A stretch of DNA of 64,000 nucleotides from Antedon mediterranea (Eukaryota; Animalia; Echinodermata), in assembly GCF_964355755.1 (NCBI RefSeq), contig NC_092670.1, positions 29,872,388 to 29,936,387 of the forward strand, written 5' to 3'. Each line of letters begins with the position of its first letter. The first letter of the stretch is position 1. The position numbers were made by a program, and so were the translations under genes. Below are positions 25,394 through 38,233 of the stretch, in pieces. Below the pieces are notes generated by a model. That model saw only the letters and a list, made by a program, of their open reading frames with translations, was not told the DNA's origin and searched no databases.

Positions 25394-27954
25394 GGTTGGT
25401 GAAATCTGTCCATAATAGGTTACTTTTCTGTCCATAATAGGGGACTTTCTGTCCATAATAGGGACTAGAGGGCGCTGTTGTTTGTCCATAATAGGTAACT
25501 TTCATAATTGGCTGTCCAAAATAGGCGACTTTTTGTCCACAATAGGCGCGAGTTTATTGGAGTAGTGCGCCATCCATTGTGTTGTCCATAATAGGTGATT
25601 TTGTTGGCGTACTCGATCGTACGTACGTAGTTTATTTCGCGAGTAGAAGTAATAGTATTATTAGTTAATACTAATTTGCTTTCTCTTCAAACTTCGAGGC
25701 TACCTACTGTAGGCCTAGCTAGTAGGAGGCCTAATTAGTATAATTATTTAAGTCTCTCTAGCCGCTAGGGCCTAGCCTAGTCCTGTTTTAGAGTTAGGCT
25801 ACCTCAGGCATAGATAGTACTACTACTAGCTTAGGCCTAGCTGGAGTCCATTTGTTATTGTCCACTATTACTAATGAAATGTGAGCTTTTTTTTTCTAGG
25901 CCTACCTTACAGCAGGGGGTGCCTCCCTGCTACAGTAGGAATAAAAATGACATGGGCTCATATTAGGTAGATAGGTTTCCTACTACAAACAACTAGGCCT
26001 ATCCTCATTATCTGTTTTTTTTATTATTTTAATATGAATATTTTACAGACTACTCGTAACTATACTGCCTAACTGCAGGTCAGGTCTGGCGGACTAGTCA
26101 CTATACAGTCTTTTACTAATACCACTGCCACCACCGCCCACTACTATACTTTAAAGACTGAAATCAGCTACTACTAGCCTAGTCTACTACTAGACCTATT
26201 GGTAGTTTGTCTTCAAATCACAGACATCTAGATTGCTAGATTGACCTTTTTGTTTTTTTTAATTATTTTTTGAATGAATGAGTCTTATCCAGACAGTTCG
26301 GACAGTTAGTAGGTTGGCAGTATAGTAGAGCCAGAGCTATTGTTACTGTATGTTATTAATTATGTCATCTATTTAAATCTCAATTTTTCCCATATTTTTC
26401 CCATATTTTTTGCATGTATCAAAGATTGTGTACAGTGTATCTTCTGATCAATGTTATAGTACAGTAGCATGGACATTTCTATTAACTAGGGTAAGTAACA
26501 GATAGGCCCAACCTACAATTGAAGAAAAATACTTTACATACAACCCACTAGGCCTACATCTTTTAGGACATTTTTCAATATGACCAAGATACTGTAAAAT
26601 CCCAAGAAGAAGCCTATTTAGAAAAAGTATTTGTTTGCAAAAGTAATCTTCAGAAAAGAAGGATACAATTTAGTCAAACATTTTCAGAGAGACAAACTGA
26701 ATTTTATCAGTACCGTAGTAGAAAAACTGACAATAAAAGGCATACAGATGTTTGATATTCTGCTCATATACAGTATGCTGCTGAAATGAAAAAGTACATC
26801 ACTTCAACATATTATTTTTGATCATAATCATCGATCAATAATTATAGTAATAAACATAATCATTATGGTGCATTTTATTTATCCTTGCTATTTTCTAAAT
26901 TGTAGTTTAACCATGTTTTTACACTTTTAAAAATAATATAATTCAGTATTTTTTAAATGTGATTTAGATTTTGAATAAACTGTTCTGAATACAGAACAAA
27001 GGTGTTGATTGTACACTGCGTGTATGTAAACTTGATTTATTGTCGTATTTCTTATTAGTATTAAACATTAAAATTGATTCATTTAATTAAACAATATAAT
27101 AAATGGATGAGATGTGCTGCTGTTGATCCACTTTAGACTGGGATGGTTTGTCATTGAGCTATGTGGATCCAGAATTTTGAAATAGGGGAGGACCTAAAAT
27201 GACGAAATGAAGTGCTGAACTGTGATGTCTTTTTCAATATTAGATTGATTTTTATTATTACTGTTAACAAAACAAAATAAGTCCAAAGAAAAAAAAATAC
27301 AACAATACATTGAAACACCAATGCATTTATAAAAATAACAGTTTACATTTCATTATCTTAAAAAAATAAAACTTTATCAATATTATTATTAGAGTATTAT
27401 GGGGTATTTTTTATTTTTCTAAAAGAACGTGTGGGTTCATTTGGTGATTTATTTAAACTTGCAATAGTATGGTAAGTTGCGTAATGTCTGTCCGTACTAT
27501 CAAACCTAAAATGAAGTTCAAATTAAATTATTTGTTGCTGAATAAATTTCACATTTCATTATTATTAGTGGACAATAACAAATGGACTAGGCCTAGGCTA
27601 GTAGGCCTATAGAGGTAGCCTAACTAACAGGACTAGCCTAGGCCTAGGCTAGAAAGACTTAAATATTTATACTAATTAGGCCTCCTAGGTAGCCTCGAAG
27701 TCTGAACAGAAAGCAAATTAGTATTACTTCTACTCGCGAAATAAACTACGTACGTACGAGTACGCCAAAAAAATCACCTATTATGGACAACACAATGGAT
27801 GGCGCACTACTCCAATAAACTCGCCTATTGTGGACAAAAAGTCACCTATTTTGGACAGCCAATTATGAAAGTCACCTATTATGGACAAACAACAGCGCCC
27901 TCTAGTCCCTATTATGGACAGAAAGTAACCTATTATGGACAGATTTCACCAACC
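25394..27954. mobile_element. foldback/MULE-like non-autonomous element with ~400-490 bp TIRs
   Basis: GGTTGGTGAAATCTGTCCATAATAGG... inverted at 27954; arms 25394-~25885 and ~27549-27954; repeated TGTCCATAATAGG; no clear TSD. Confidence 0.85.
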
Positions 27955-27969
27955 CCGCTCAATAACGAG

Positions 27970-30320
27970 GGGTAAGGACACTCTTTGTGTTACCGAGCCC
28001 ACTTCAAATTATTACATCAGTGACCATTGTTTTGTAGAGACTATTTTATCGAGACCAAATCCGAAATGTTACCGTCAAAAGAAAAAGTTTCGGAAGATAA
28101 ATAAAATAGATCACACGAACTTTGATGAAGCTTTGTCTCAAGTAGTTATATCATCAACGAATATCGATGATATCGACGATTTGGCAAATCACTACAACAC
28201 TCAACTACTTGCTGCTCTGGATAAGCATGCTCCTATTGTTGAGAAAACTACCACTGTCAGAAGATCGTTACCTTGGTTTGATGACGAGGCTAATGTGTTG
28301 AAGAAGCAACTTCGTCGTGCTGAGAAGACCCTACGGAAGTCTGCCACCGACGAAAATAGGTCAGCTTACAATGATCTACGCAATTCCTACAAACGTTATC
28401 GTCGTTTAGCCAAGTACGAATTCATTAATGGTGCTATCAAGGAAGCTGGCAACAACTCAAAAAAGCTTTACAAGATCGTGTTTGAGCTAATTGGTAGACG
28501 TAAAAATAACCCACTTCCACCACATGAAACTGATAAACAGTTAGCAGACGACTTCATATCTTTCTTTATGGGCAAAATAGAGAAAATACGAGAGGAATTG
28601 GAACACTTCTCTTTGTATGAACAAGAACGGCTAATGGCAAATGAATTTATTGCATTTCAGGAAGTTAGCAAAGATGATGTTAGGAAGTTGATCATATGCG
28701 CAAAACCAACAACCTGCTCCACTGACCCCCTACCGTCGACACTGGTGAAACAGCATCTGGATACACTTCTACCACTTATTACAAGGATGATCAACAACTC
28801 GTTGTGTAACGGCGTATTTGCTCATAGATGGAAAATATCAGTTATAAAACCGCTTATAAAAAAGAAGGGTGTTGAATGTATCCTCAGGAATTATAGGCCA
28901 GTAAGCAATCTGTCCTTCGTATCCTAGCTGGTTGAACGCGCATGCTTGAACCAATTCATAGCTATGTTGAGAACAATACCTTATTACCGGCGTACCAATC
29001 TGCCTATCGGAAAGGTTTTAGCACAGAGACGGCTTTGGTTAAGTTAACCAATGACGTACTCTGGAATATGGAGCTGCAAATAAAAGGGTGTCTGCGCTGG
29101 TATGTATAGACTTGTCAGCCGCCTTCGACACAGTGAACGACGAAGTAGGCCTACTCCTCGACGTTTTGCAGAACAAATTCGGAGTGGCCAATGCGGCATT
29201 GAACTGGTTTGATACTTACCTTCGTCCTCGATTTGCCAACGTAACAATCGGCGAAACTAACTCGGAGACAGCCAATTTGTCCTTCTCTGTACCTCAGGGT
29301 AGTATGCGGTCTAGTTCTATACACCATATATGCCAGCACTTTACAAGATCATATCAGTAAGTTTGATATTTCTGTTATGGGATATGCCGATGATCACTCA
29401 GTGTATGATTCATTTAATCCAAATTCTAGTTCTAGTATGGAAAATACAATCACCAAATTACAAGAGTGCCTCATATCCATCAACGACTGGATGAAGTCCA
29501 ACAGACTAAAAATGAACAGTGAAAAAACAGAGTTCATACTATTGGGAAGCAGAGCTCAACTCCTGAAATGCGAGAAAGATCATATCATCGTATGTCGGGA
29601 CAGAATACCACGTGGTTCATCTGTAAAATACCTTGGTGTTAATATCGACGACCAGCTATCTTTCAAGAACCACATACGTGATAAATGCAGAACGATAGCT
29701 GTTAATTTATATTATATTCGTCAAATCCGCAAATTTCTCTCCAAGGACCTTTGCCAACAACTAGTTCAATCGCTCGTGCTGTCACATATTGATTACGCCA
29801 ATGCATTGTACAGTATTATGGTCTACCTGCTAATACCCTTGCTCCAATGAAGAGGTTACTGCACCAAGCTGCGAAAATAATTGTCAGGAAAGGTTGGTAT
29901 GACAGTGCAACTAACGCTATGCACTGGCTTCCGATGTCTCATAGATGTCAATTCAACATAGCGTTTTTTTGTATGGCGTTCGCTTAAAGGTTCCGCTCCA
30001 AGTTACCTGAGAGATATTTTTACTGTGCGGAATGTTTCTCGCAGTACTCGTTCAAGCACTAGCAATTATAACCTGACAATCCCACGAACTAAACGAAAGA
30101 CATTTGCTGACCGTTCGTTCGCCGTAGCAGGACCCAAAATTTGGAACAGATTACCAAGTCACATTAAACACTTAGACGACTATAATCAGTTTAAAAAACA
30201 TTTAAAAGCACTATATTTCAAACAATGTTACGATACTAATTGATGTGAAGCGCCGCTGATTATAATTAAATGCTGTATAAATGTGCGCTATACAAGTAAT
30301 AATAATAATAATAATAATAA
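27970..30320 (+). mobile_element. 5'-truncated L2-clade LINE (EN C-terminus, RT), decayed
   Basis: SDHCFV, NYRPVSNL, DLSAAFDTV, VPQGS, GYADDH, KYLGV, FAVAGPKIWNRLP; ends gcgctatacaagt(aat)n. Confidence 0.9.
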
Positions 30321-31297
30321 TACGTTAGCCCATTTTTGTTCAGCTTTGATAAAGTTACATGCGTGTTTTATATTATATAGTATACGTATTATCCACCCTA
30401 TTGTACACATAGCAATAGCAAGTAATAAGTCGGTAAAATGTAACAAATACTTGTTATTCTTCCAATAACTACCTCTATTGTACGTTATGCCAGATGGCAT
30501 TCCATCGATGGTTTTGAATACCATTCATCGAATTGAACACTATGTAATTTGTGAGGTTTGCACAGTGGCGTGCACTGTTTGTTCACACCATTTCCCAACA
30601 TAATAGTGGTTGAATTGTGAACTCAGAGATTGTTTTATGTTGTTCATTTTACAACCACTCTGTGGTCCCTAAATAATTCACCTTAAGTAATTAAAAAGAG
30701 AATACAGTACAGTATCTATCTGTGTAATATTATGAGCAGATTAAGAAATCAGCTTTTATTTAGTATACATTGTTATTGCAATATGGAAACTGTACAGTAA
30801 TGCACATTTAGGATTTCTCCATTTTAGATGAGTGGAAATAGATGAAAAATAGGCGTTGAGTCAAACAAATTGCAATCGTTGGTTTTTTTTGCTGACACAT
30901 GCTCAACTATATGTAGATAATATCATATCCAAAATCTACCCTGATCTACCCATTATAAATTACTTAATTTGCATAAATTAAAAATGGCTGCCATTTTAAA
31001 CTTTTGACCCTAATTATCTCGTAAACCATCAAGTATTTTGTATAAGAATGTATTAAACACAAATATAAACATGACCCTAAACATTCGGAATAGCACATTT
31101 GATTTGACCTTTGACCGTCGGTCAAAAGTCATTTCATTATACCTTATAAGAAACCCTAATTATCTATTAAAACCATCGAATATTTAGTATAAGACTGTAT
31201 TAAATACTAATATAAACATGACCCTAAACATTCCGAATATGACATTTAATTTGTCCTTTGACCTTCGGTCAACGGTCATTTCAGTATACCTTATTAT

Positions 31298-31425
31298 AAC
31301 AAGGCCAACAGCCATAAGTCGCGTGCTAAAACGCATAGTGATACCGGACCGACAGACAGACCGACAGACCGACAGACCGACCAACCGACATAGTGAACTA
31401 TAGAGTCGCGGCCACGCGACTAAAA
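31298..31425 (-). mobile_element. short HINE/DINE-like (Helentron-associated) element
   Basis: subterminal inverted repeats AGTCGCGTG/CACGCGACT, (GTCT/GTCG)n microsatellite, T-rich ends; relatives at 61967-62808, ~53985-54055, ~56770-56800. Confidence 0.65.
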
Positions 31426-31869
31426 TGCTATAATTATATATTAAACCATTAAATAGTGTAAGCATGTATTAAACACAATAATAAATATGACCATAACAAT
31501 TCTAAATAATTCAATCTGGGTTTTGAACTTTTTTTGAACATTAATTTTACATATTAATATATTGTACTATCAATTATTCAATATTAAGTACATTGGCATA
31601 ATATTATTTTAAGCTCAGACACAAGATAAATCATAATTATTAACAAAATAAAATTTAGAATGTTGTATGAACTCTTACTTGCTATGTGTGGTTGTATCGA
31701 ATTTGTGGTAAAACAACTTAATAAAGGAAATTTGAAAGTTTATAAACGTCCGTCGGTGTACAACACATGTTTAACTTTCCTCTAATTTAATCAAAATCGG
31801 TAACATTGTTATAGATAGATATCACTGTCTCCAATAATATCAGTATTGTATTCCAACAACATATTTGTA

Positions 31870-32230
31870 CAGAAGCCATCCTGGCATTCGCCACAAGAGT
31901 TTGTAAACTAGAGGCCATTTTTTTACAAGAACATTGTAAGGTATCGCAATATCCCTTACATTTGCACTTTATTATCTTCAACAGTTCATGAGGTGCAGGG
32001 CTAGAATCCATAGTAATAGGCATCAACTTTCCATTCTGTAATTTCCAACCCCACTCTTCTGGCTTTAGGTGGTTGTTCCCCATCCACACTTGTGTTTGAT
32101 AATAAACTCGGTACGAATGATATTTTGCAGAGTCTGATGTAGGTGGAATGCTTTGTACCTCTATGCTATGAATGCTTTTTAATACTTTTTCATTGAATTT
32201 CTTATGGCGCAGGTCATTTATGCTATTGGT
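31870..32230 (-). pseudogene. fragment of a DNA transposon protein (probably Academ XPG/Cys-rich C-terminus)
   Basis: INDLRHKKF...IPPTSDSAKYHSYRVYYQTQVW...PEEWGW..LMP...APHELLKIIKCKCKGYCDTLQCSCKK; ~147-bp subterminal-type repeats at ~31020-31500. Confidence 0.6.
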
Positions 32231-33447
32231 TTCACATCATGATCTTATCTTCATGGCCTCTAGCTAAGTAGGCCTACTTACTAAAAGCATACTAGGCTAG
32301 CAATATAACCTAGTATATTACTACTGTATTCTAGACCAACCCTCTCTTATGATCTTATTAATGCTATAGTATGCACCAATAAATAAAATGGACGCAGATC
32401 GATCTGAACAGAGAGACGGTGGTGGGCCTCCAAGCTATGAGGTTAACCGGGTTAAAATGCAAACAATGCATCCACGGACAATTAAAACAGGTTTCAAATG
32501 CATGGAAAAGTGCGCAATTCGTTTTTTTTTAAATGTTGGCCGGATGTTGCGATTGCACTCTTAGTCTAGGCCTATAGATATTCATCCGCATTATATCATG
32601 ATAATATTTTTTTTTTCAATGTCAAAGCTAAATTTCCAAGATCTGCGCACATATAATGTATTACTAGCCGTTTAAATAATGGGAAAGGGTTTTCTTGTTT
32701 TTTTATGTGTGGTTCCTTCCTACATTGTGATTTTCTTCATATACGGTGGTTCTCTTTTCGATACTGTGTTTCACACTGTGGGCCCCGACAATGCTTGTGT
32801 CAGACCGTGTACTATGTTAAACCAATTATATGTGTTCATAAAATGTATACGGTGTCAATTATGTGAACGCAAAATACCAGGGAATTTTCGGAATCCACTC
32901 TAACCGACGGAACTGTAAATTTCTTTATTTTTTAGCCATAATTTGTTAGAGTATTAATTTTTTAATCATAGTCCGATCTGGTCAATAATAGGAAATAATT
33001 TTTGATTATGCATTTAAAATTCACTTTTGTTCGAAAATTCTAGTTGTGTCTAATGGATAAGGCTACCTTGGTAAGCAAATGATAAGACTTTTGCATGTGT
33101 GGCAAAGATGTCATAAAATCGATAGATATATTTAAAACTTGAAAACCACAAGGAAATAATATACGATATATATTATAAGTGTGTTATGACAAAAATATGT
33201 ACAGTATGTATAATGAAAAGAAGTCATTTGAAAGAACACTAAATGTCATTACCCGAATCCGGAACCTCTTTTGTTGATACCAACTCTGTTGGAAATGTTC
33301 ATACAATTTTAAAGCCTAATTTAGATGTATTTTGATTAACTTCAACCTTGACTATTTCAATATCAAACCAGATTTCGTATCATAGTGACGTTGCTCGTTG
33401 TCGTCGCAATATTTATTCATTTAGGTTGCCACATTTATTTTGCAAAC

Positions 33448-33653
33448 ATGTTGAAAATGGACTCTAATACATCATTTATATGTTTCCTGTTGTTTTTATG
33501 GGTGGATTTATCAATTGGTGTTGAAATTGCATGTAGTAATGATATTAATGTGAATGCAGTTTGTGAATGTATAGAAAGAACACAAACAGTGAACTGTGCA
33601 AACCGTGGACTCAATGAATGGCCAGTTGGAATTCCATTAAACACACAAATTCT
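33448..33653 (+). CDS. LRR gene exon 1: signal peptide + LRR N-terminal cap
   Basis: MLKMDSNTSFICFLLFLWVDLSIG-VEIACSNDINVNAVCECIERTQTVNCANRGLNEWPVGIPLNTQIL; donor ct|gtaagt; start could be 33448 or 33457. Confidence 0.85.
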
Positions 33654-34231
33654 GTAAGTTTTTGTAAAAGTTTTTTTATTTGAATATGTTGTACTTTCAA
33701 TGACCAGTAGACACAATCATTCTATAAGTTTCAAATTGCGATGTTAAAGCTACGGTTAACAGTATTCTAAAATTACGTAAGGGCTAATTTCAGTAAACCA
33801 GGCGTAGATGGCACTGATTCTCTCAAGTACAGATTAATGGAAAATCAGTTTTCAAGATGTGATAAACACTGTACATCATTTTCGATGCTTAAACATATCA
33901 GAACATAATAATAAAAAGATGATTTATATTAAAGTCTAAATAACTAATGTAATAAAAATGCATGTACTGATTAATGATGATAATAGTAATGTAACAATTC
34001 TTTCCTCAACGCTTCAATTCCCATAGAGATGGTAATTTGTATTAGATTAAAAGAAATCAGTACATGCATGGTTTCCATGGAATTTAGCAATACGACCGAT
34101 CAATATAGATTCTGCAAACCGTTTAACTAGGTAGAGGCGGTAATTTTGAAAGAATAAAACCTAGAATTGTCGTCTAACGTGCCAATACCTTACGTTGTTC
34201 AGTGTGTTTGGTGTTGTTGTTTTTTAAATAG

Positions 34232-34303
34232 TTACATGAACAATAATAACCTGAAGGAAATCGACGAAGATGCTTTTTCAAAGCTACATGAACTTTTCAC
34301 CAT
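34232..34303 (+). CDS. LRR gene exon 2 (72 bp)
   Basis: tag|t..at|gtaagt; LYMNNNNLKEIDEDAFSKLHELFT. Confidence 0.9.
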
Positions 34304-35121
34304 GTAAGTAATCTTTTACATAAATTCAAGCAAGCTACAGTACAGATGAAAGCAATATTTTGGGCTATTAAATATAATATCATTCTCTAAAATGGTGACT
34401 TAAAAATGAATTATTTCAACCACATTTATTTCTAGATAAAAAACGTATTTTATAAAACATAATTGTAGCAAAATAATATATTACAATTTCTTCTGACAAT
34501 TATTTCAACTTTGATCATTATTTGCTTCTTTTGATTTACTTATACATACATAATGTATACTGTAATAATGGCTTGTGTTAACAACAATATGTACTTTTTA
34601 TTATGGGTCTTTATAAATATTACATTAAATATATTGTAGGTTATACAATTTAGTTTATATCACATTTTTGTATAGTTATAGTTATAACATTTTCAGTAAC
34701 TATTAATTTATTCGTATTTGTATTTATACCTATTTCTCGTAATAATATTGTAGTTGTAACTTAAGCCTATTATTGTATTACCTTACCTTCTAATCGTGAT
34801 AAAACAGACTTAACAAAGTTTTTAACGTATTGACATTGCTTTGTGGACTTAAGGACACACTTTGAACTTTGAACCAAAACAAATGCAGATGAATGACATC
34901 ACATTTTAAACATTTTACTTATGTTAAATTATTCAAGTTATTCATTTATAGTTCAAATCATCTTTTTTCCTAAATTTGATTTTGGGTAGGTAGTATAATA
35001 TAAATTTTTTTTCAAATATAATACCAAAATCTCATATTTCACAAAAATTGGAAAAGACATGTATTTCGAGGGCTATAGACTGGCCTTAAGCTAACAACTC
35101 AGGGATAATCATACTATGTTA

Positions 35122-35325
35122 AGCCTGTTTTCCTGTCGACGTTAGTAGATGCTATCGTCGTTGATCGTTAAAAGTTCAACGACGATCGTTTGAAAACGAT
35201 CAAGTTGAAATGATAACGATAGCGATTACCTTTTCCTGTAAATCGTTAACATTTCAATGTTTACGTAGAAGATCGCCGATTATTGTTAACGATAGCGTCG
35301 AATATCGTCGACAGGAAAACAGGCT
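35122..35325. mobile_element. Tourist/Harbinger-like palindromic MITE (204 bp)
   Basis: tta|AGCCTGTTTTCCTGTCGACG ... CGTCGACAGGAAAACAGGCT|tta. Confidence 0.8.
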
Positions 35326-35640
35326 TTAATGAGCATCCGTACCGAGTAAGTCGGTCTTCACACAACTATGCAACTTAAAGAAGTGTATACATTTATATTA
35401 ACATTTAGTATTGATATAGGCCTAAGTCAATTAAGATTTAACATTCCCGAAGGATTTTATGTTCGCTAATCGCCACATGAGATGTCAAATTTTATATTTC
35501 ACCGATATAAAATGCGATAAAATTGTATTAGTGAAAATACCGTCATGTCAAGACGTAACTAATTAAAGTATTGCTATAAAGATGTGGTACTTGCATTGAT
35601 CTTCATTAAATTTGTTTATTTATATCTTTATTGTTGACAG

Positions 35641-35700
35641 AAATGTTAATAACAATTTACTTAGTAAATTACCAAGCTTGCCGAAGACAATTGGTAATAT
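35641..35700 (+). CDS. LRR gene exon 3 (60 bp)
   Basis: cag|a..at|gtaagt; INVNNNLLSKLPSLPKTIGN. Confidence 0.85.
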
Positions 35701-36872
35701 GTAAGTCTGTTATGTTTATTAAACTCCTATTGTTACTAATTAGTTTAATAATATGATCACTGTCATATTATATCAATTTAGTTGACGTTATTTCGTACAA
35801 TAGTTACACCACAGCCATGCAAAACTTTCTTAGATTACTATTTCTTTTGAAATAGAAGTTGTATTGTGTTGCAACACATTGAGTTAAAGATTCCCTATTA
35901 CAATCTCTTTTTTAGGATGTGAAGGTTTATTCTTATCTATCCAGACAGATTCCAAATGTTTCATTAAGTGTTTATAGAAGTGTGATTTGCAAGCAGTCAT
36001 TACGTATCAATGATACGCATGCATTAAAAGATACACTATGTAATGCATTGAGTTATATTTAGATATAAATAATAATTTAATTTATCTAATAAATATTTCA
36101 GACATGCAGACAAAAATTTGCTGACAGACATATCGACAGTTTTTAATGATCTTCCAATTCTTCATATTTTGTAAGTTGACAATATAATTTGAAAAAAAAA
36201 CTTCTTTTATGTGCGTAGAACTAACTTTTAGTAGTGAGCTTTTGCTTCGAGACCGTACATTAACGAAAGTAGGTGGCATATATTCCGTTCATTGTATTTA
36301 GACGATCTAAAGATCGGTCTTACAACCAGACGAAGCACAGTTGACGTCTTTCTGAAACGGTTAAACCATAAGCGATAGTTGTTTACTTTATATGTGTGTA
36401 TAGTATGTGTAGGATGTAAATTCATTTTGATTCTTCTAGAAAAAAAAATACCGTAACCATCTTTAATGTTTTTGATTATGTTTTTTAGTTCATCTTTTTA
36501 AATTAGCTTACTTAATATCTAGTCTGACTAACGCAGAACCTGCTCAAGCATGCTCTCCGAGCTTGCATGCATAGGGTTAGGGGACTATGCCCAAGAGGAG
36601 GCTAATAGTTGTTGCTTTTGTTTCGAATGCATTTAGCACCAGACTCTATTTTAAAATTACCGTCTCTTTCGTTTACCGTCGCGATGCAGTCTCACTATTG
36701 TTACAACTGGACGGATGCACTACCGTTTAAAACAATAACAACAATAAAACGTACTTCTGAAGATTTCACAGTCAATGAATAAAGCATAGAAAATGATAAA
36801 ACGAAATTATCATTATACAATCGCATTTATTAAGTATCCTAAGTAGTGACATAATTTTTTTTTTCATAATAG

Positions 36873-36944
36873 AAGCCTTACCAACAACAAAATAACTTTA
36901 CTGAGAAATACCACATTTAAAGGATCCACTGTGATAACTGACTT
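36873..36944 (+). CDS. LRR gene exon 4 (72 bp)
   Basis: tag|a..tt|gtaagt; ISLTNNKITLLRNTTFKGSTVITD. Confidence 0.88.
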
Positions 36945-38233
36945 GTAAGTTCATTTGTTACCTTCAATACTTGTTCTGCTGCTGCTGCAACTTCCTTTTC
37001 CTCTGTTGTTTTGCTGCTATTGCTGCTGCTGCATTTAAGAGTGATACAAATGCATCAGCAGTGTATACGTCTTTGGTGCATCGAAATTGGTCATTGCGTG
37101 TTCTGTTTATTTGGTCCTAAATGAAACCACCAATTATATTGTTATAATATAATTATATTTATACAGTTATTATGAGACAGACGTTAAAGATATAGGCCGG
37201 AAATCGTTTTCTATACTATGTTTCAATTTAGGGAAAGGAATCACGGTCTCGTGCTCGTTTCCAATCGTCTGGGCTCCATGCATATTTTAAATTCGATTTA
37301 GCTGTGGATAATCCTATTTTCTTGTACAGATGCTATGTATTCATTTTTTGTGACTTCTCTAGGTTGTATTTCGGAAGATATTAACTAGAAAAGAAAGCTG
37401 ATATTTTCTGAAAGTTCTCTTTCATTTCCATCATTTCCATCCTTTGTGCTAGTGCAAGTGCTACAAAGGTTTCAAGCTGAAAGACTTTGTGTGACGCCAA
37501 CATTTGTGCTGATAGTTATTAGTATGAGAGATGAGTTGATTTAGTGCACAAAGTTTACCATTGGTCTTTATGATTTTTGTGTGAGACATACTTTGGTAAA
37601 TCTGAAAACCCAATTCTTAACTGATTTTGGTGATGCATATTCGAGTCAGAGGTCAATGACCTATTTTTCACGTAATTTTACCAATATCTTTATTTTATGG
37701 CGCAGTATTTGATGAAATGCATCAATTCTTTTGGAATTAGGCTCAATTCAAAGCTGATGAATCATACTAAACATTGATTTATCATGAAAAGTCATTTGAG
37801 TCATTAATTTACAAAATATATGAAAAATAAACTAATTTCTTTCCATTTTTTAGACAAATTTTATTTTGTTATTTTAATGAATAACAAATATTTTTAAAAA
37901 CTGCCCTAACTATGGGAGTGGATAATTTGCGTTACAATTAGAGCTTGTATATGTAAAATATTAATTTTATTCATTTTTGAGTAAAAATCATCAAAAAAAA
38001 TGCTAAATGAGAGTCAATGATAGTGTTTGTATTCATTGTAATGGAAGTTTTTGTCATAAACCTATCTTAAGTCATTTTGGATTGGACTCTTGGACATCCT
38101 ATTTACTTTATTTTGTACCGATATAGTGTTAATGGTGATTTTGTTTTAGCCAATTTTGTCATTTCTGTTTATTTTCTTATATTGCTTAGTCATCCATGGT
38201 TTGTCGTTTACTATTACTGCAACTCATAATTGC

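Noticed and set aside
25394-25600. CRISPR-like array of TGTCCATAATAGG repeats
   Set aside because: Eukaryotic context, irregular short spacers, mirrored in the opposite TIR, no cas genes: these are transposon subterminal repeats.
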